DNA of 64,000 nucleotides from Mayamaea pseudoterrestris (lineage: Eukaryota): NCBI GenBank assembly GCA_027923505.1, contig BROI01000014.1:496001-560000 (forward strand), given 5' to 3'. Below, piece by piece: positions 30,994 through 45,700 of the stretch (positions are counted from its first letter, which is position 1; each line of letters begins with the position of its first letter). The notes under the pieces are model-generated. The model did not search any database and was not told the origin of the DNA. It saw only the letters and a program-made list of their open reading frames with translations. The position numbers and the translations under genes are program-made.

Positions 30994-31288
30994 GATGGAA
31001 TTGTGTGAATTGAATGTAATGGAGTGGCGCTATAATTTTACGACGAGGGACATGCCATGGTGAATGAGGCGGATCGATCTACCGGTAGGCGTCAATTCGG
31101 CGGCGGCCAGACGTGCAAAATGACGGAATTTGGAATTCACAGAACTTCAACTTGCAAGATCCTTGGCGCGCCGCGACGAGAAAAACGCACCTCTTCAACT
31201 TGGTGGTGATGGATTTCCACACATCCTTTGTTCGTCGCTCACTCGAGTCGATACACTTGCTCGACTACCAATTACAATAGTAGCTGCC

Positions 31289-32863
31289 ATGAAGCTCGCA
31301 CTTGCCTTTTTACTCGCGTCCAGCAGCGTTTCGGCCTACGCGCCTGCGTTTGCCGCTCGCAAATCATCAACGGCGCTCAACAGCGCCGTCGCTGACTCGA
31401 AAACGTACACCTTTGCCAAGTCGGAGGAAATTTTCAAGGAAGCTCAAGATGTGAGTGAATTGTTATTGATTTTGTTGAGATTGAGAGATTTATATCGTGG
31501 ATAGAGAGGCTGCGTTGGTTAGAATGGCATGCACGCATGCATGCATAGGTGCTGTCGTTTGTCTTCGTCGTTTCGACAGAACCCAATCGCTCACACATTC
31601 ACTTTCGACTCTATTAAATTTCAGCTCATGCCGGGTGGTGTATCATCGCCTGTCCGTGCCTTCAAGAGTGTTGGAGGCAACCCTGTCGTCTTTGACAAGG
31701 TCAAGGGTGCCTACGCCTGGGATGTGGACGGAAACAAGTACATTGACTACGTTGGAACGTGGGGACCCGCCATTCTTGGGCACGCCGACGATGATGTCAT
31801 TGCCGCCATTACCGAAACAATGCAAAAGGGAACTAGTTTTGGAGCACCCTGTCCTTTGGAGAATGACTTGGCCAAGGCTGTCATTGCCGCCGTTCCTTCC
31901 GTTGAAATGGTTCGATTCACAAACTCTGGAACGGAAGCATGCATGGGAATGATTCGATTGGTGCGAGCGTTTACTGGACGAGAAAAGATTATTAAATTTG
32001 AGGGATGCTACCATGGACATGCGGATAGTTTCTTGGTGCAGGCTGGTTCGGGTGTTGCCACTCTTGGTCTTCCAGATTCACCGGGTGTGCCAAAGGCAGC
32101 CACCCAGGCAACCATGTGCGCCGAATACAACAACTTGGAGTCGGTCAAGAAAATCTTTGAAGATAACAAGGATGAGATTGCTGCCATTATTTTGGAGCCA
32201 GTCGTTGGCAACTCTGGTTTCATCAAGCCAGACGAATCATTCCTAAAGGGACTTCGTCAAATGGCTGACGAAAATGGAGCATTGCTTGTCTTTGACGAGG
32301 TCATGACTGGATTCCGCGTCGCCTACGGAGGCGCACAGGAATATTTTGGCGTCACACCCGATGTCACCACCATGGGTAAGGTGATTGGAGGAGGCCTTCC
32401 CGTCGGCGCATACGGTGGACGCAAGGACATTATGCAAATGGTGGCACCGGCCGGTCCAATGTACCAAGCAGGTACTCTTTCCGGAAACCCCTTGGCCATG
32501 CGAGCAGGTATTGAGACGCTCAAGAAGCTGAGTGCACCAGGTGCGCACAAGGAATTGGAGCGCAAGTCGAAGAAGCTAGTGGACGGAATTGTTGCCGCCG
32601 CCAAGAAGCACGGTCATGCCATTTGCGGAGACCAAGCGGGAGGCATGTTCGGATGGTACTTTACCGAGGGACCAGTCAAGAACTTTCAAGACGCTACCAA
32701 GGCTGATCCGGCCAAGTTTGGAAAGTGGCATCGAATGATGCTTGAACGAGGAGTGTACCTTGCACCCTCCATGTACGAGGCTGGTTTCATGTCCATGGTA
32801 CATACCGATGAAGATATTGACAAGACAATTGCTATTGCAGATGAAGTCCTGTCTAAGCTGTAA
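31289..32863 (+). CDS. hemL: Glutamate-1-semialdehyde 2,1-aminomutase, plastid-targeted (exons 31289-31450, 31625-32863)
   Basis: [29 protein letters not shown] and PLP lysine TMGKVIGGG. Presequence [21 protein letters not shown]. Intron 31451-31624. Confidence 0.97.
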
Positions 32864-32939
32864 ATGCCGCTTGCTTATAAGATAAAAATTACTTTACTTT
32901 GAACATTGCGCATTGCTATAGCAGTACATTCAATATAAA

Positions 32940-33908
32940 TTAGCTTCCATCGCCAGCGACTCCACCATGCTGAAACTCCTTCTTCAACGACCACATGTTC
33001 TTATGATCGCCGCTCCGATGATAGTCACAGATATCAGCCAATACATCCCTCAAATCCTTGTCGCCGCGCTTGCTCGCCAACTGGTTCGACGCTCCACCCG
33101 CCACTGCCGCAGCCTTTAAATCCTTGAACGACCAATACGGCGCATGCGAAAACAGTTCAAAGGCGACGCTTCTCAGTGACTGCGTCGGCGCAAACTGGCG
33201 CGCCTTTTTCGTCTTGACTTCGCCAATGGCTTGCTGCATTTGCTGCTGCTCCATTAAATCAATCTTGCGCTTGCCAAACTCCAACACGGCCGCGCCAAAG
33301 CCGCGCGATGAACCAGTCGTTGATTGCTGCTGCTGCTGTTGCTGCTGCTGTTTTGATAGTATCGACTCGGTGGCTTCGACTGGTTTGACAAAGCGCTGGC
33401 TCGTAACGTTCGTTGCAACGAGACGATCCTTGAGCATGGCTCTGTAGTTGGAGTCTTGTTCGACTTGAAGGTTTGCCGTCCGCGTAATTTGGCCAAGAAT
33501 CTTGACGGAACCGGTATTTTGGTTGCGCGTAAATGGATGCATCAATGGAACCTTTTTCGTCATGGCTTGGAGTGAATAATTGAGTGGAAGTGAAGCGGTA
33601 GCGGCTGCTGCTGCGGAAGATGGCTTTTTGTCACTGTCGTCTGCGCCATTACTCTCCAGAAAATTAGCAGCATCTTCCCTCAAATGAACCGTCAAAGAAG
33701 GCTTTATTGGATTGATCTTTCCAGGCACTTTCCCTCCCTTTGTAAAAACGAGCTCTCCCAAGTCAATTCCTTCGGGAACCGCATCCATGAGCTGCGCCAG
33801 TTTGGGAGGAATGCGAATGAGCCAGCACTCGCCGTTTGCATCAGACGTTTCCAATGCTCCGTATGACTCTGCTGTCACCCGTTCCCTTTCTTCCTCATTG
33901 TCTGACAT
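32940..33908 (-). CDS. Transcription initiation factor TFIIF beta subunit (RAP30/Tfg2-like)
   Basis: N-terminal CWLIRIPPKL; C-terminal winged helix FELFSHAPYWSFKDL...LRDVLADIC...HKNMWSLKKEF; polyQ tract. Confidence 0.85.
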   Translation of the reverse strand: MSDNEEERERVTAESYGALETSDANGECWLIRIPPKLAQLMDAVPEGIDLGELVFTKGGKVPGKINPIKPSLTVHLREDAANFLESNGADDSDKKPSSAAAAATASLPLNYSLQAMTKKVPLMHPFTRNQNTGSVKILGQITRTANLQVEQDSNYRAMLKDRLVATNVTSQRFVKPVEATESILSKQQQQQQQQQSTTGSSRGFGAAVLEFGKRKIDLMEQQQMQQAIGEVKTKKARQFAPTQSLRSVAFELFSHAPYWSFKDLKAAAVAGGASNQLASKRGDKDLRDVLADICDYHRSGDHKNMWSLKKEFQHGGVAGDGS

Positions 33909-34066
33909 AATATGAAAGTAGATTGTTCGTTAGCAGGAGCAAGAGCTGATCGTCTTGTTGTGGCGGCGATCCTTTCAAATCTGTGAATTTGAGAACCGGA
34001 GCGACGCTTTAAAATGACGGCAAGGAGCGAGGGCCTCACAATAACGAGGAAAGACCAACAGGCACC

Positions 34067-34494
34067 ATGGTGAGTCTGCCGCATGCAACGCGCTCCAAGA
34101 TTGGCCTTTTGTTTCGTTGCAATTCATAGAATGTATTAAAGAAGTTGCAGTTGATACAACGGAGTAGTTGCAGTCTCGCCGAGCTTCAGATTAGCAAAGT
34201 GGCAGACATTATTGTCATTGCCGTCCCTCGCATCAAATGCATCCCCCGCCAATACATGTCTCATTCTCATCAACTATATTCAAATTCTCTCTATTCATAC
34301 CACAGGCAACTCAACGACGCGCTGCTGCCCGACAAGCCGGAGGCCGGCCCGCTGGAGCTGGACAAAACATTTTGCAATTCTACTCGGATGACTCGCCCGG
34401 TCTGCAGGTTGGACCCACGACGGTGCTGATTGCAAGCTTGAGCTTTGTTGGAGTCGTTGTGCTGTTGCATATTGTTGGAAAGTTCCGATCGTAA
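34067..34494 (+). CDS. SEC61B: Sec61 translocon beta subunit (ATG-only exon 34067-34069, exon 34306-34494)
   Basis: ILQFYSDDSPGLQVGPTTVLIASLSFVGVVVLLHIVGKF. ATG|GTGAGT donor and CAG acceptor at 34305. Confidence 0.93.
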
Positions 34495-34862
34495 ATTATT
34501 GTACTCGGGTTGGGCCAATTTGTATTGTCGGAGAGTGGCGCTGGCTAGTTGATGAGCATGGTTTTAGAATGATGTTAAAGTTGATATCGACAGGAAATTT
34601 TTGCTCTACTTAAGCTGCGTTTAATTTCCGAAGGTTGCGCTATCGTCTACTTGAGTAAAGAGTCATCTAGAGTAGTCGCAAATGAGATTGCTAAAGCTGT
34701 TGCAACTGGCGCAGCTGGTCCAGCGCCTTCTTTCAAGAGTCATTCGTTGCGAGGACTCTTGAAAACAAATGACCATTCCCTCACAATTTTAGTCGTCAAA
34801 CGTTTCACTCCCTCTTCCGCCACAATATCCCGTATCAAATATACACGATCCACACAATCAGC

Positions 34863-35129
34863 ATGAACAAGGAGCTTTGTATCGAGGATGTTGCAACATC
34901 GGGGACAAGTACCATGAGCAAGGAGTTTGAAGTGTCCATTGTATCCAGCGATGATAACGACAACCAGAATGCGTCCGCCATGTCAGTGCCCGCCGGCGAT
35001 GGTGACGACTCTATTGTTGGAAAGCAAAAGATTGTCATGACGACTTCGTGCATTTACATTACACTAGGAGTCGTATTGTCCGTGCTCATTATGACTTTGG
35101 CGCTGTTTTTGCTGCTGGCGACCATGTAG
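34863..35129 (+). CDS. Small acidic protein with a C-terminal TM helix (hypothetical)
   Basis: 88-aa ORF ending in a strongly hydrophobic stretch; no family recognised. Confidence 0.45.
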   Translation: MNKELCIEDVATSGTSTMSKEFEVSIVSSDDNDNQNASAMSVPAGDGDDSIVGKQKIVMTTSCIYITLGVVLSVLIMTLALFLLLATM

Positions 35130-35255
35130 CGCGCGGGAGTTTTTCCAAACGTTGAAGTTGTGGCGCGGGACATGTCATGCATCTTGCTCGTCAAACGAAT
35201 TATGGAGTACCAACGACATACATTAATATATAGTTAATATAATGAACATTAAAAC

Positions 35256-36761
35256 TCAAATATTCTTGGGCCTACGAAACGATTTTCGTTTTGGAATGAG
35301 CCTTTGCAGCCACCCTTCTCGCGACGCTTTCGACAGCCGCTGATTGCCAGCAATCTCAATTTGTCGCATGTTCATGGTCTTTAACGCGCGTTGTCGTTCG
35401 TCGGCGCTCAAATGAACAAAGGGATCGCCCTTGCCTTCCCATGCGGCGTCGTCGTCAACATTTTCAGTGTCGCCCAATCGAAGCACGCGCAAGCGACTAG
35501 AGTTTTCAATCCGTATCTCTTGCAGAATGCGATTCACTTCATCAGTATCCCGGTTGCTCCACCAGTACTCATCTAATGATTGTTGACGTTTTCGTAAAAG
35601 CTTGCCAAAAATAAAGTATCGCATTGCCTGCGCCAAGAATTTCGCTTGCCGCTTGGTGGAATGATCCAACCAGGCCTCGTTCTTGGTATAAACGGAAAAA
35701 GTTGAATTCTCTCCATCCTCGCTATTGGAGTTGGTGAGAATGCAAAGATCAACGTCCAAATACACAACCTGTATACTCTCAGGTGGCTCTTTCATTGCCT
35801 TTTGCTTTGGATCAATCGTTCGTTGCTTGACAAGTCGATGCAAAAGGTACCACTTGGACGACTGTTTCTGAACGTCAAGGGATTGCCTTGTCAAACCACA
35901 TACTCTATAACGCTCTGACCTCCTCAAAAAGTGACCCAACACATGCATACTATCTTCAATGGAAACGTCATCGTCATCCTCCTCCAAGTGAACCGTCCGA
36001 AAGAACGTTCGCGCCAATCGCTCCTTTCCACTTCTGCGCGTGCTCGCCAGTACGTTTTGCGCCAGCGCTCGTCTCTGCCGCTTGGGTAGTCGCGCTCGCT
36101 GCTGCTTCAAGTCACGCACGCAGCAATGCTTGGATCGATAGGCCAACACCCAGCGGCCGTCGAGTAGATTGGAGTCAGTTGTCGTTCGGACTGGACTAGA
36201 TTGAACGAGCGCCGATAGCTTTTCCACAATCTCTTGCTCCGTGCTGTAGTATGACTGCAGTAGCGTGTGTAGTTCCTGCTTGTAGGCCTGCACCACTTCC
36301 TGCAGCAAATTGCGCTTGAGACGATTCACGTCGTAGGAGGTGCCGTTCAAGCCGCCGATTCCTGCCAGTAGTTCATCCGGAATGAGAACAAGGTCATTGA
36401 CACTCTTGATCGGGGGTGTTTCGTTCTTTGTTATTGCAGCTTGACGCGCATTGGCGCTCTGTACGACCTTGGCAAGTAGAGTTGCAGTCGATGATGACGA
36501 TGCGCTGCTGGATGCTGTTGAATTGTATGTTGTCGCATTGATTCCCTTGGCGACCGGCTTCCGTGATGAAAAGAGACTACCTCCAACGAACAGATTCGTT
36601 AAAGAACGTTGACGAAAACTGGATTGACTGTGAGTTGTAGTTGATTGTAAAGTCGCAAAGCCTAGTGTATGCTGGAACCGAAGCATTGCAATTAAAAGCA
36701 ACCAGCAGCATTTTGGCGTCGCCATTAAACCAAATACTGGCAAGCGTGAAAGTGTATCCAT
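35256..36761 (-). CDS. Plastid-targeted hypothetical protein with a PAP/fibrillin-like region
   Basis: Signal peptide ending TLG-FAT, a Ser/Thr-rich transit peptide, LVQSSP...LLDGRWVLAYRS and VVYLDVDLCI. Confidence 0.6.
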   Translation of the reverse strand: MDTLSRLPVFGLMATPKCCWLLLIAMLRFQHTLGFATLQSTTTHSQSSFRQRSLTNLFVGGSLFSSRKPVAKGINATTYNSTASSSASSSSTATLLAKVVQSANARQAAITKNETPPIKSVNDLVLIPDELLAGIGGLNGTSYDVNRLKRNLLQEVVQAYKQELHTLLQSYYSTEQEIVEKLSALVQSSPVRTTTDSNLLDGRWVLAYRSKHCCVRDLKQQRARLPKRQRRALAQNVLASTRRSGKERLARTFFRTVHLEEDDDDVSIEDSMHVLGHFLRRSERYRVCGLTRQSLDVQKQSSKWYLLHRLVKQRTIDPKQKAMKEPPESIQVVYLDVDLCILTNSNSEDGENSTFSVYTKNEAWLDHSTKRQAKFLAQAMRYFIFGKLLRKRQQSLDEYWWSNRDTDEVNRILQEIRIENSSRLRVLRLGDTENVDDDAAWEGKGDPFVHLSADERQRALKTMNMRQIEIAGNQRLSKASREGWLQRLIPKRKSFRRPKNI

Positions 36762-37198
36762 GGGTAAGAGTAGTGCAAGGGTTCAAAGTCTGCAAATCTA
36801 TTTGTCAGAGCTGTTAACACTCCATTGCGCAACTGGCGTCCATGGTCTCGACCGCGGTGTCGCTTCCATTCATTCGTTTTTCCGCCGCGCCCAAAATATC
36901 AGCTACCCAACGACTCCCTATTGCTAGTACCGACTACGTACCATCATACCGTACTTCATACTACTACTAGTAGTAAAATAAGTTTGTGAAATGTTTGTAT
37001 CAATGTCGTGTTGACGATGATACGCTTGCTAGGTCGATGTTTGGCGCGGGCAAAAGGAGTGCCATTATTGACAGCCTTAACAAACTACTGGTAGCAGTCT
37101 AATACAATTTAAACTTGCCACAACTATGTCTTACTGAATTTTGGTGCATGAATGTTTTGTAAGGCGCAACAGGTATGTGCCTCCTGATTGTTTACAAG

Positions 37199-38309
37199 TT
37201 AAATGGGGCTAATAGTTGGTTGTTTACTCGGGACCCCCGAGGGAACAAACGACGGCGTGCGGCTTGGTTCGACAGACGGATTAGTCGAGGGGAGTTGGCT
37301 TGGTGTAACACTTGGGACTCCCGAGGGAACAAACGACGGCTTGATGCTTGGTCCGACGGACGGATTAGTCGAAGGAAGTTGGCTTGGTGTAACGCTTGGG
37401 ACTCCCGAAGGAACCGACGACGGCTTGAGGCTTGGCTGGACAGACGGAAGAGTCGAGGGGAGTTGGCTTGGTGCTACGTGTACGCTTGGACTCCGCCAAC
37501 GCCGACTCTAGGTGTAACACTTGGGACTCCCACAGATGATGGTCTGCTGCTTGGCTTGACAATGGGTAACCGAGGCTGCTTGGGTCCGCAGATGATGGTC
37601 TGCTGCTTGGCTTGACAGATGGAGTAATCGAGGGGGTTTGGCTTGGTGTAACGCTTGGGACTCCCGCAGATGATGGTCTGCTGCTTGGCTTGACAGAAGG
37701 AGTGATCGAGGGGGTTTGGCTTGGTGTAACGCTTGGAGCTCCCACAGACGATGGTCTGATGCTTGGCGTGACAGACGGAAGAGTCGAGGGGGTTTGGCTT
37801 GGTGTAACGCTTGGAGCTCCCACAGACGATGGCTTGCTGCTTGGCTTGGTAGACGGAGTTTTCGAGGGGGTTTGGCTTGGTGGAACGCTTGGGACTCCCG
37901 AAGGATGCGATGACGGTTTGCCACTTGGCGAGTTGACGGGTGGGGCAACTGGAGTCTTGGCGACAGGAGCCTTGGAGACTGGAGCCTTGGCAACTGGTGC
38001 TTTAGCAACCGGCGACTTGTTTGGAGCGGCGGTGGCGACCAGGTCACACGGAAACACTCTCGTCTTTTCCTTACGGAAAAACTTCTTCCTAAGCACCTTG
38101 CACCTCTTGTTGCCCGCCGTTCTCGTAGGACAGACAAGGACATCGCAATACTCGAAGCAAATCGCAAACGGACGATCTTCCAAACCCTTGCATGCTTGAG
38201 GCTTGCGCATTCCCTTGATGCCTTTGCCTTTGCTACCATTGCCTGCAACAAGAACTTGAGCATTGGCCAAGACCGCTACAGTTGCGAGAAGCACCACAAA
38301 TACCTTCAT
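37199..38309 (-). CDS. Secreted Cys-domain + Pro/Ser/Thr tandem-repeat (mucin-like) protein; frame disrupted at ~37480-37590
   Basis: Signal peptide MKVFVVLLATVAVLANA, a six-Cys domain, KAPV repeats and PSxxPSxxPS repeats. The distal repeats continue in another frame to TAA at 37199. Confidence 0.75.
37230..37930. repeat. Coding minisatellite with 84-bp units (37230, 37314, 37398) and 78-bp units (37657, 37735, 37813, 37891), degenerate in between
   Basis: Recurring gg(g/a)(a/g)ctccc...ggcttggtgtaacgctt units at the listed positions. Confidence 0.92.
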
Positions 38310-39267
38310 TGCCGACTTTCTTGCGTGGGATGAACCTGTCGACGATGGAAAATTATGGCGAAGTGAACGAGTGTTTTTACATTTTTGATTTCCGATTACT
38401 CACTGGTAATTCGTAGGCCGTCGTAGGATCTGTACCAATGTAGGTTTTGCACGATCCATTTCAAGCTTTGCACGACCTTTTGATAGACTTGGTACGATTA
38501 ATTTCATGTGGTAAAGGTTTATATCGAGTCTCATTGGTTGTTGTTGGCATCATACACACTCATATTCAAACACGTGATCGTGCGTAGTCCTCGTTGAAAG
38601 CTGTTCAGCATTGACAGGGCGTTCAAAAGCCGATAACTTTCAGTTACATCGCGCGTGCGTCGGACAGGTCGTGAGTCATTGACGGGGTAAATGCACACTT
38701 ATAATAATGAGGCTCAATCGTACCAAACAAATTTGTGTGTGCAAGCTGGTCGTCAGAAAAAGGACTGAACCGGTATGTAAGGGCAGTCGCAGTAGCAAAC
38801 TTTGGGCTAGTCTGATTAATACATATATGGCATTTGTTCTACTAGTAGCATTTATCCATTGCAAATACATGATGAGCTAGAAGTGGCAACAGGAATAGCA
38901 TGTTCGGACATATTTACCTTTCTTGGTGTGAGTAAATTGGAGCACAGCTTGATACGGTAAAGCTGCTGCTGAGAAACCTTTAACAGCAAAATTGTATATG
39001 AACAAGTTTAATTGACGCACATGTATTGACTGCCCACGGTATAATTAAGCTCTTTCTTTTGTTTCATGGGCAAAAGAAGGAACACGAAATGGAGTCAGGC
39101 CAGGTTAGCCTGTGGGACAGTGGCCTTCCAATAGGCACTTTGCTGGGCGCGTTTGATTGATCGACAAGTGGCAATTTGCGCGCGCGTGTGACGTTCCCCG
39201 GAACTTTATGATGGACCGTCCATTTTACGACAACTTAAATGCACCATCACATCCAAGCAGCCTAAAG

Positions 39268-42410
<3,143 letters not shown>

Positions 42411-42703
42411 TTGTCTACTTTGTTTTTTCAGTAGTACTGTCCTTTTCTTAAAAAACCTATATTACCGATCAATTCAATAAAACAGCAGCGCCAAATTTCT
42501 TTGTACAGATGCAGCAATTAGGCATTAGTCCATTTGCCATTTTTTATCAAAACGCAAAAAAGACTGCCACACATGAGCTGACATTTGATGCCGAATCGAT
42601 GGGATACTATGGCTCGCCTATCATAAATCACGCTATGAATGATAGAGTTAGACCAAATAATTGTTTCTTAGCTGTTATCAGTTTGCTGCGCTGGTCCTTC
42701 AAT

Positions 42704-45700
42704 CTACGCATTTTGTTTTCGATGAACCGTAGTTCGTAACTTCCGAAGACCGTTGCCAAAGCTGCTACGCGGCGATCGCGCAGATTCCGTGGAGGGAGCA
42801 TCGCTGGCAAAACCTCCACCCACACGCTTGCCGTTCTCGCGCCTGACAAAGTTCTCTCTGTTCTCTAAACTCTCTTGGGAAAGAGCAAGTTTCAATACCG
42901 GAGGGTCGACTGCATGCATATTGCGTCGAGCATTTTGTGGGACCGACGGATTTGCTGGCGCGGCTGCTTGAGAATCTTGTGACCTTGGAGTCGTAGAAAA
43001 TGATCTACTCGAAGGCGTTGAGGAAAATGTGTTGGGAGAGGATGCCCCGCGTGGATCAGGATGCTTAGGAAGATTGCCGCCAGTAAAAAACGGATGTTCC
43101 AGCACCATTCGCATGGATGCAATACGGTGATTTGGATCATGATGAAGAAGCTGCTTTAAAATATCGCAAGCAGCCGGATCGTCGATATGCTTCAAAGCTT
43201 TTCTGACGCTCTGATCGTCCCATGAACCAATCTTGGCGATTTCCGCTTCTGTCATGGCTCGTTTCCCTCGACAAGCATACGGCGCAAGCGGGGCACCGGC
43301 AATGGCCTCGTACAGTACAACACCATATGCCCAGATGTCGTACGTAGGATCAGCGGTTATCGATACAGATTCAGCGGAGACAGTTCGCTTTCCAATTGGA
43401 GTGCGTTTGTTCTCCACGAAAATGGCTTCAGGAGGGTGGTAGAATCCTCTAGAAGGATCAGTCGCCCCACAGACTGGAATAGCTCCTCCAACCCCCAGTA
43501 ATTTCCAACGACTACCAAATTTGCCAATATTGTGAGTGCCGAAATCACCATGAATAATACCATGCTCGTGCATATGGAGAAGGGAAATACCAATGCGCTT
43601 CAATGCCTTGGTTGGAAAAACTTTGCCAGATTTGCGCAAGTCCAGCATCAAGTTTTCGGCAGTAGTGTCGGCACCCTCCATGGTGATACAGTAGCCAGGT
43701 TCAGCCATAGCTTCGGAATAAGCGGCATGTTGCACTGTGTGGTGGACACTGATGATTGCGGGTACGTAGTGGCGTGACAAGTGGTAGTCTTTGCGGACTT
43801 TGAGCTCGCGCTCGACCACATCAGAGCGTGAGGTGAGCTTCGCAATCACTTGTTGTCCCTTCTCCTTCCGAATGTGACGCAATTTATCCTCAATTGTCTG
43901 CTGAGAGCGACTCGTAAGCGTCGACCGGACGCTATGACGACTCACTACTGAGACATGAGACTGGTCATCGAAGTCCTCCACATAATCGCAGTCACCGGTC
44001 CCATCTTTTTTCTCCTCGTGAAGGATAGTATATGCACCATTCGTTTGCGAAGGCGCGTCATAGCGAAGCGCATAGAAGATTTGGGTGTCGCTCGATGGAT
44101 TGGAGTACGCGGGACGCTGATTCACTACCTCCAACGTGTTGAACAACCGAAGCATCACACGCATTTCATGTTTGCAAACTGGAGTTGCACTAGCTAGAGC
44201 AATCTTTCCGTCGGGACCTTCCACGTGGGCCAAGGCTAAAACCTGTGGCTGGGTGCAAGCCTGCAGTACCTTTGTAACAACCTCGTGATACAAATCGTCA
44301 CAATTGGAAACAATGTGATTCCAAGAGTAGTGATGCGGAGTCAGCTGTGCTCGAACCTTCTCCGACAAATCAATCGGTAGATCCCTTTTCAGTAAATTGT
44401 GGACAATAAAATGCGAGTGTTCATTTTCTGTCGCAACCTGAATGGGTAGCAGACCAGTCCTTCGATCGACTGCAGTCGCGAGCTCAGGTGCGTGGTTAAG
44501 TAGTCCAAGTATAGTGCGATCATCAGCGCTATGTTGGAAAGCGAGAAAAAGTGGACTGTGGCCGTCTCCGCTGAGCACTCCAGCAGCCTCTGGAAATTGC
44601 ATGAGCAAAGAATTAATCACCGGCGGGCGACACTGGTTTTTAATTGCAATTGCGACTGGCAGATCTCCGTGCATGTCTGTGCGTGAGAGCGCTCCTGAAA
44701 AGCAAGTCAACAGCGTTTTGACAACTACTGGATCAACCGATTCGCCACATCGAAGAAGTAAATGTAGTGGTAGATCCCCGTTCTCGTCAGTTCGCTTCGC
44801 CGATGCGAAATTTTCCGACAGTAGTGCAGTTACAACTCCAATTGAAGCTTGACTTGCGCAGGCAATGTGTATAGGTAGACCACCTCCCGCATCTGGTGGT
44901 GGACGGTAAACCATCGTGTATGCGCCTTCGGGAGACTTGGAAATCAAAAATTTAACAACGTCCACCGCGTCGTATGTTGCAGCCACATGTAATGGAAGCC
45001 GACCCATCTTGTCATATAAATTAATGCCCTCCTTGTATGCATTGTAGATAATTTCAAGAGCAGCCAAATTATCATGCGCAGCAGCGTGATGAATCGGCAG
45101 CGCACCCATATTATCGCGGTGAACCAGCGCTTTCGGAAACAGCACCAGTGTCATATCGATTAAAAGGTTCCAGGCGCTATTGTGTCGTGCAATCTTGTGC
45201 AAACATAGCTCTCCAGTTTGCAAATCAGGGAACTCGGCGAGCTCAGGATGCTTATCCAATAGGCTTTCAACCATCGCCCAGTTTTCATGCTGAATTTCTT
45301 GGAAAAGGTCTGCCAAGCAAGCGCGATCAGCGATAGACACAGTATTGCTCTTGTTTTGTGGAAACGCAAGCTGCCGTTCGACGGAGGTCGCTGCCTTTGT
45401 CAAACTAGCTGAGGGCTTCGGAGGACTCGATTCTGGAGTCGGGGGCCTTGGCGGCCAAGTATAATGAACTGGTGACGGCTTGACTGGGGATGGAGCCGGT
45501 TGCATTTTCTTCACGAACGAGATTCTCGTTGCCTCTTCAAATCTGTCTCTGATCTGACCACCGCGAACACGCGCCTGGAAAGCTGTGATGCATGCTACAA
45601 TTTGTTCTTCGGGCGTAGTGATGCGAAGACGGTAGTGCCTGTATGCTCGCTGAATTACAGTCGCGGCGTAGCCACGTGCCAGTTGGATTTCCGAATAGAA

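Noticed and set aside
37230..37930. Regularly spaced repeats superficially like a CRISPR array
   Set aside because: The whole units are similar with no unique spacers, they encode Pro/Ser repeats, there are no cas genes and the context is eukaryotic.
37175..38263. Several overlapping repeat ORFs (GVTLGTP..., QAKPPR...)
   Set aside because: These are alternative frames of the same 3n minisatellite; only the signal-peptide frame is credible.
38310..39260. ~950-bp ORF-poor gap as a possible MITE or ncRNA
   Set aside because: No terminal inverted repeats, target-site duplication or RNA motif were found; it is consistent with a divergent promoter.
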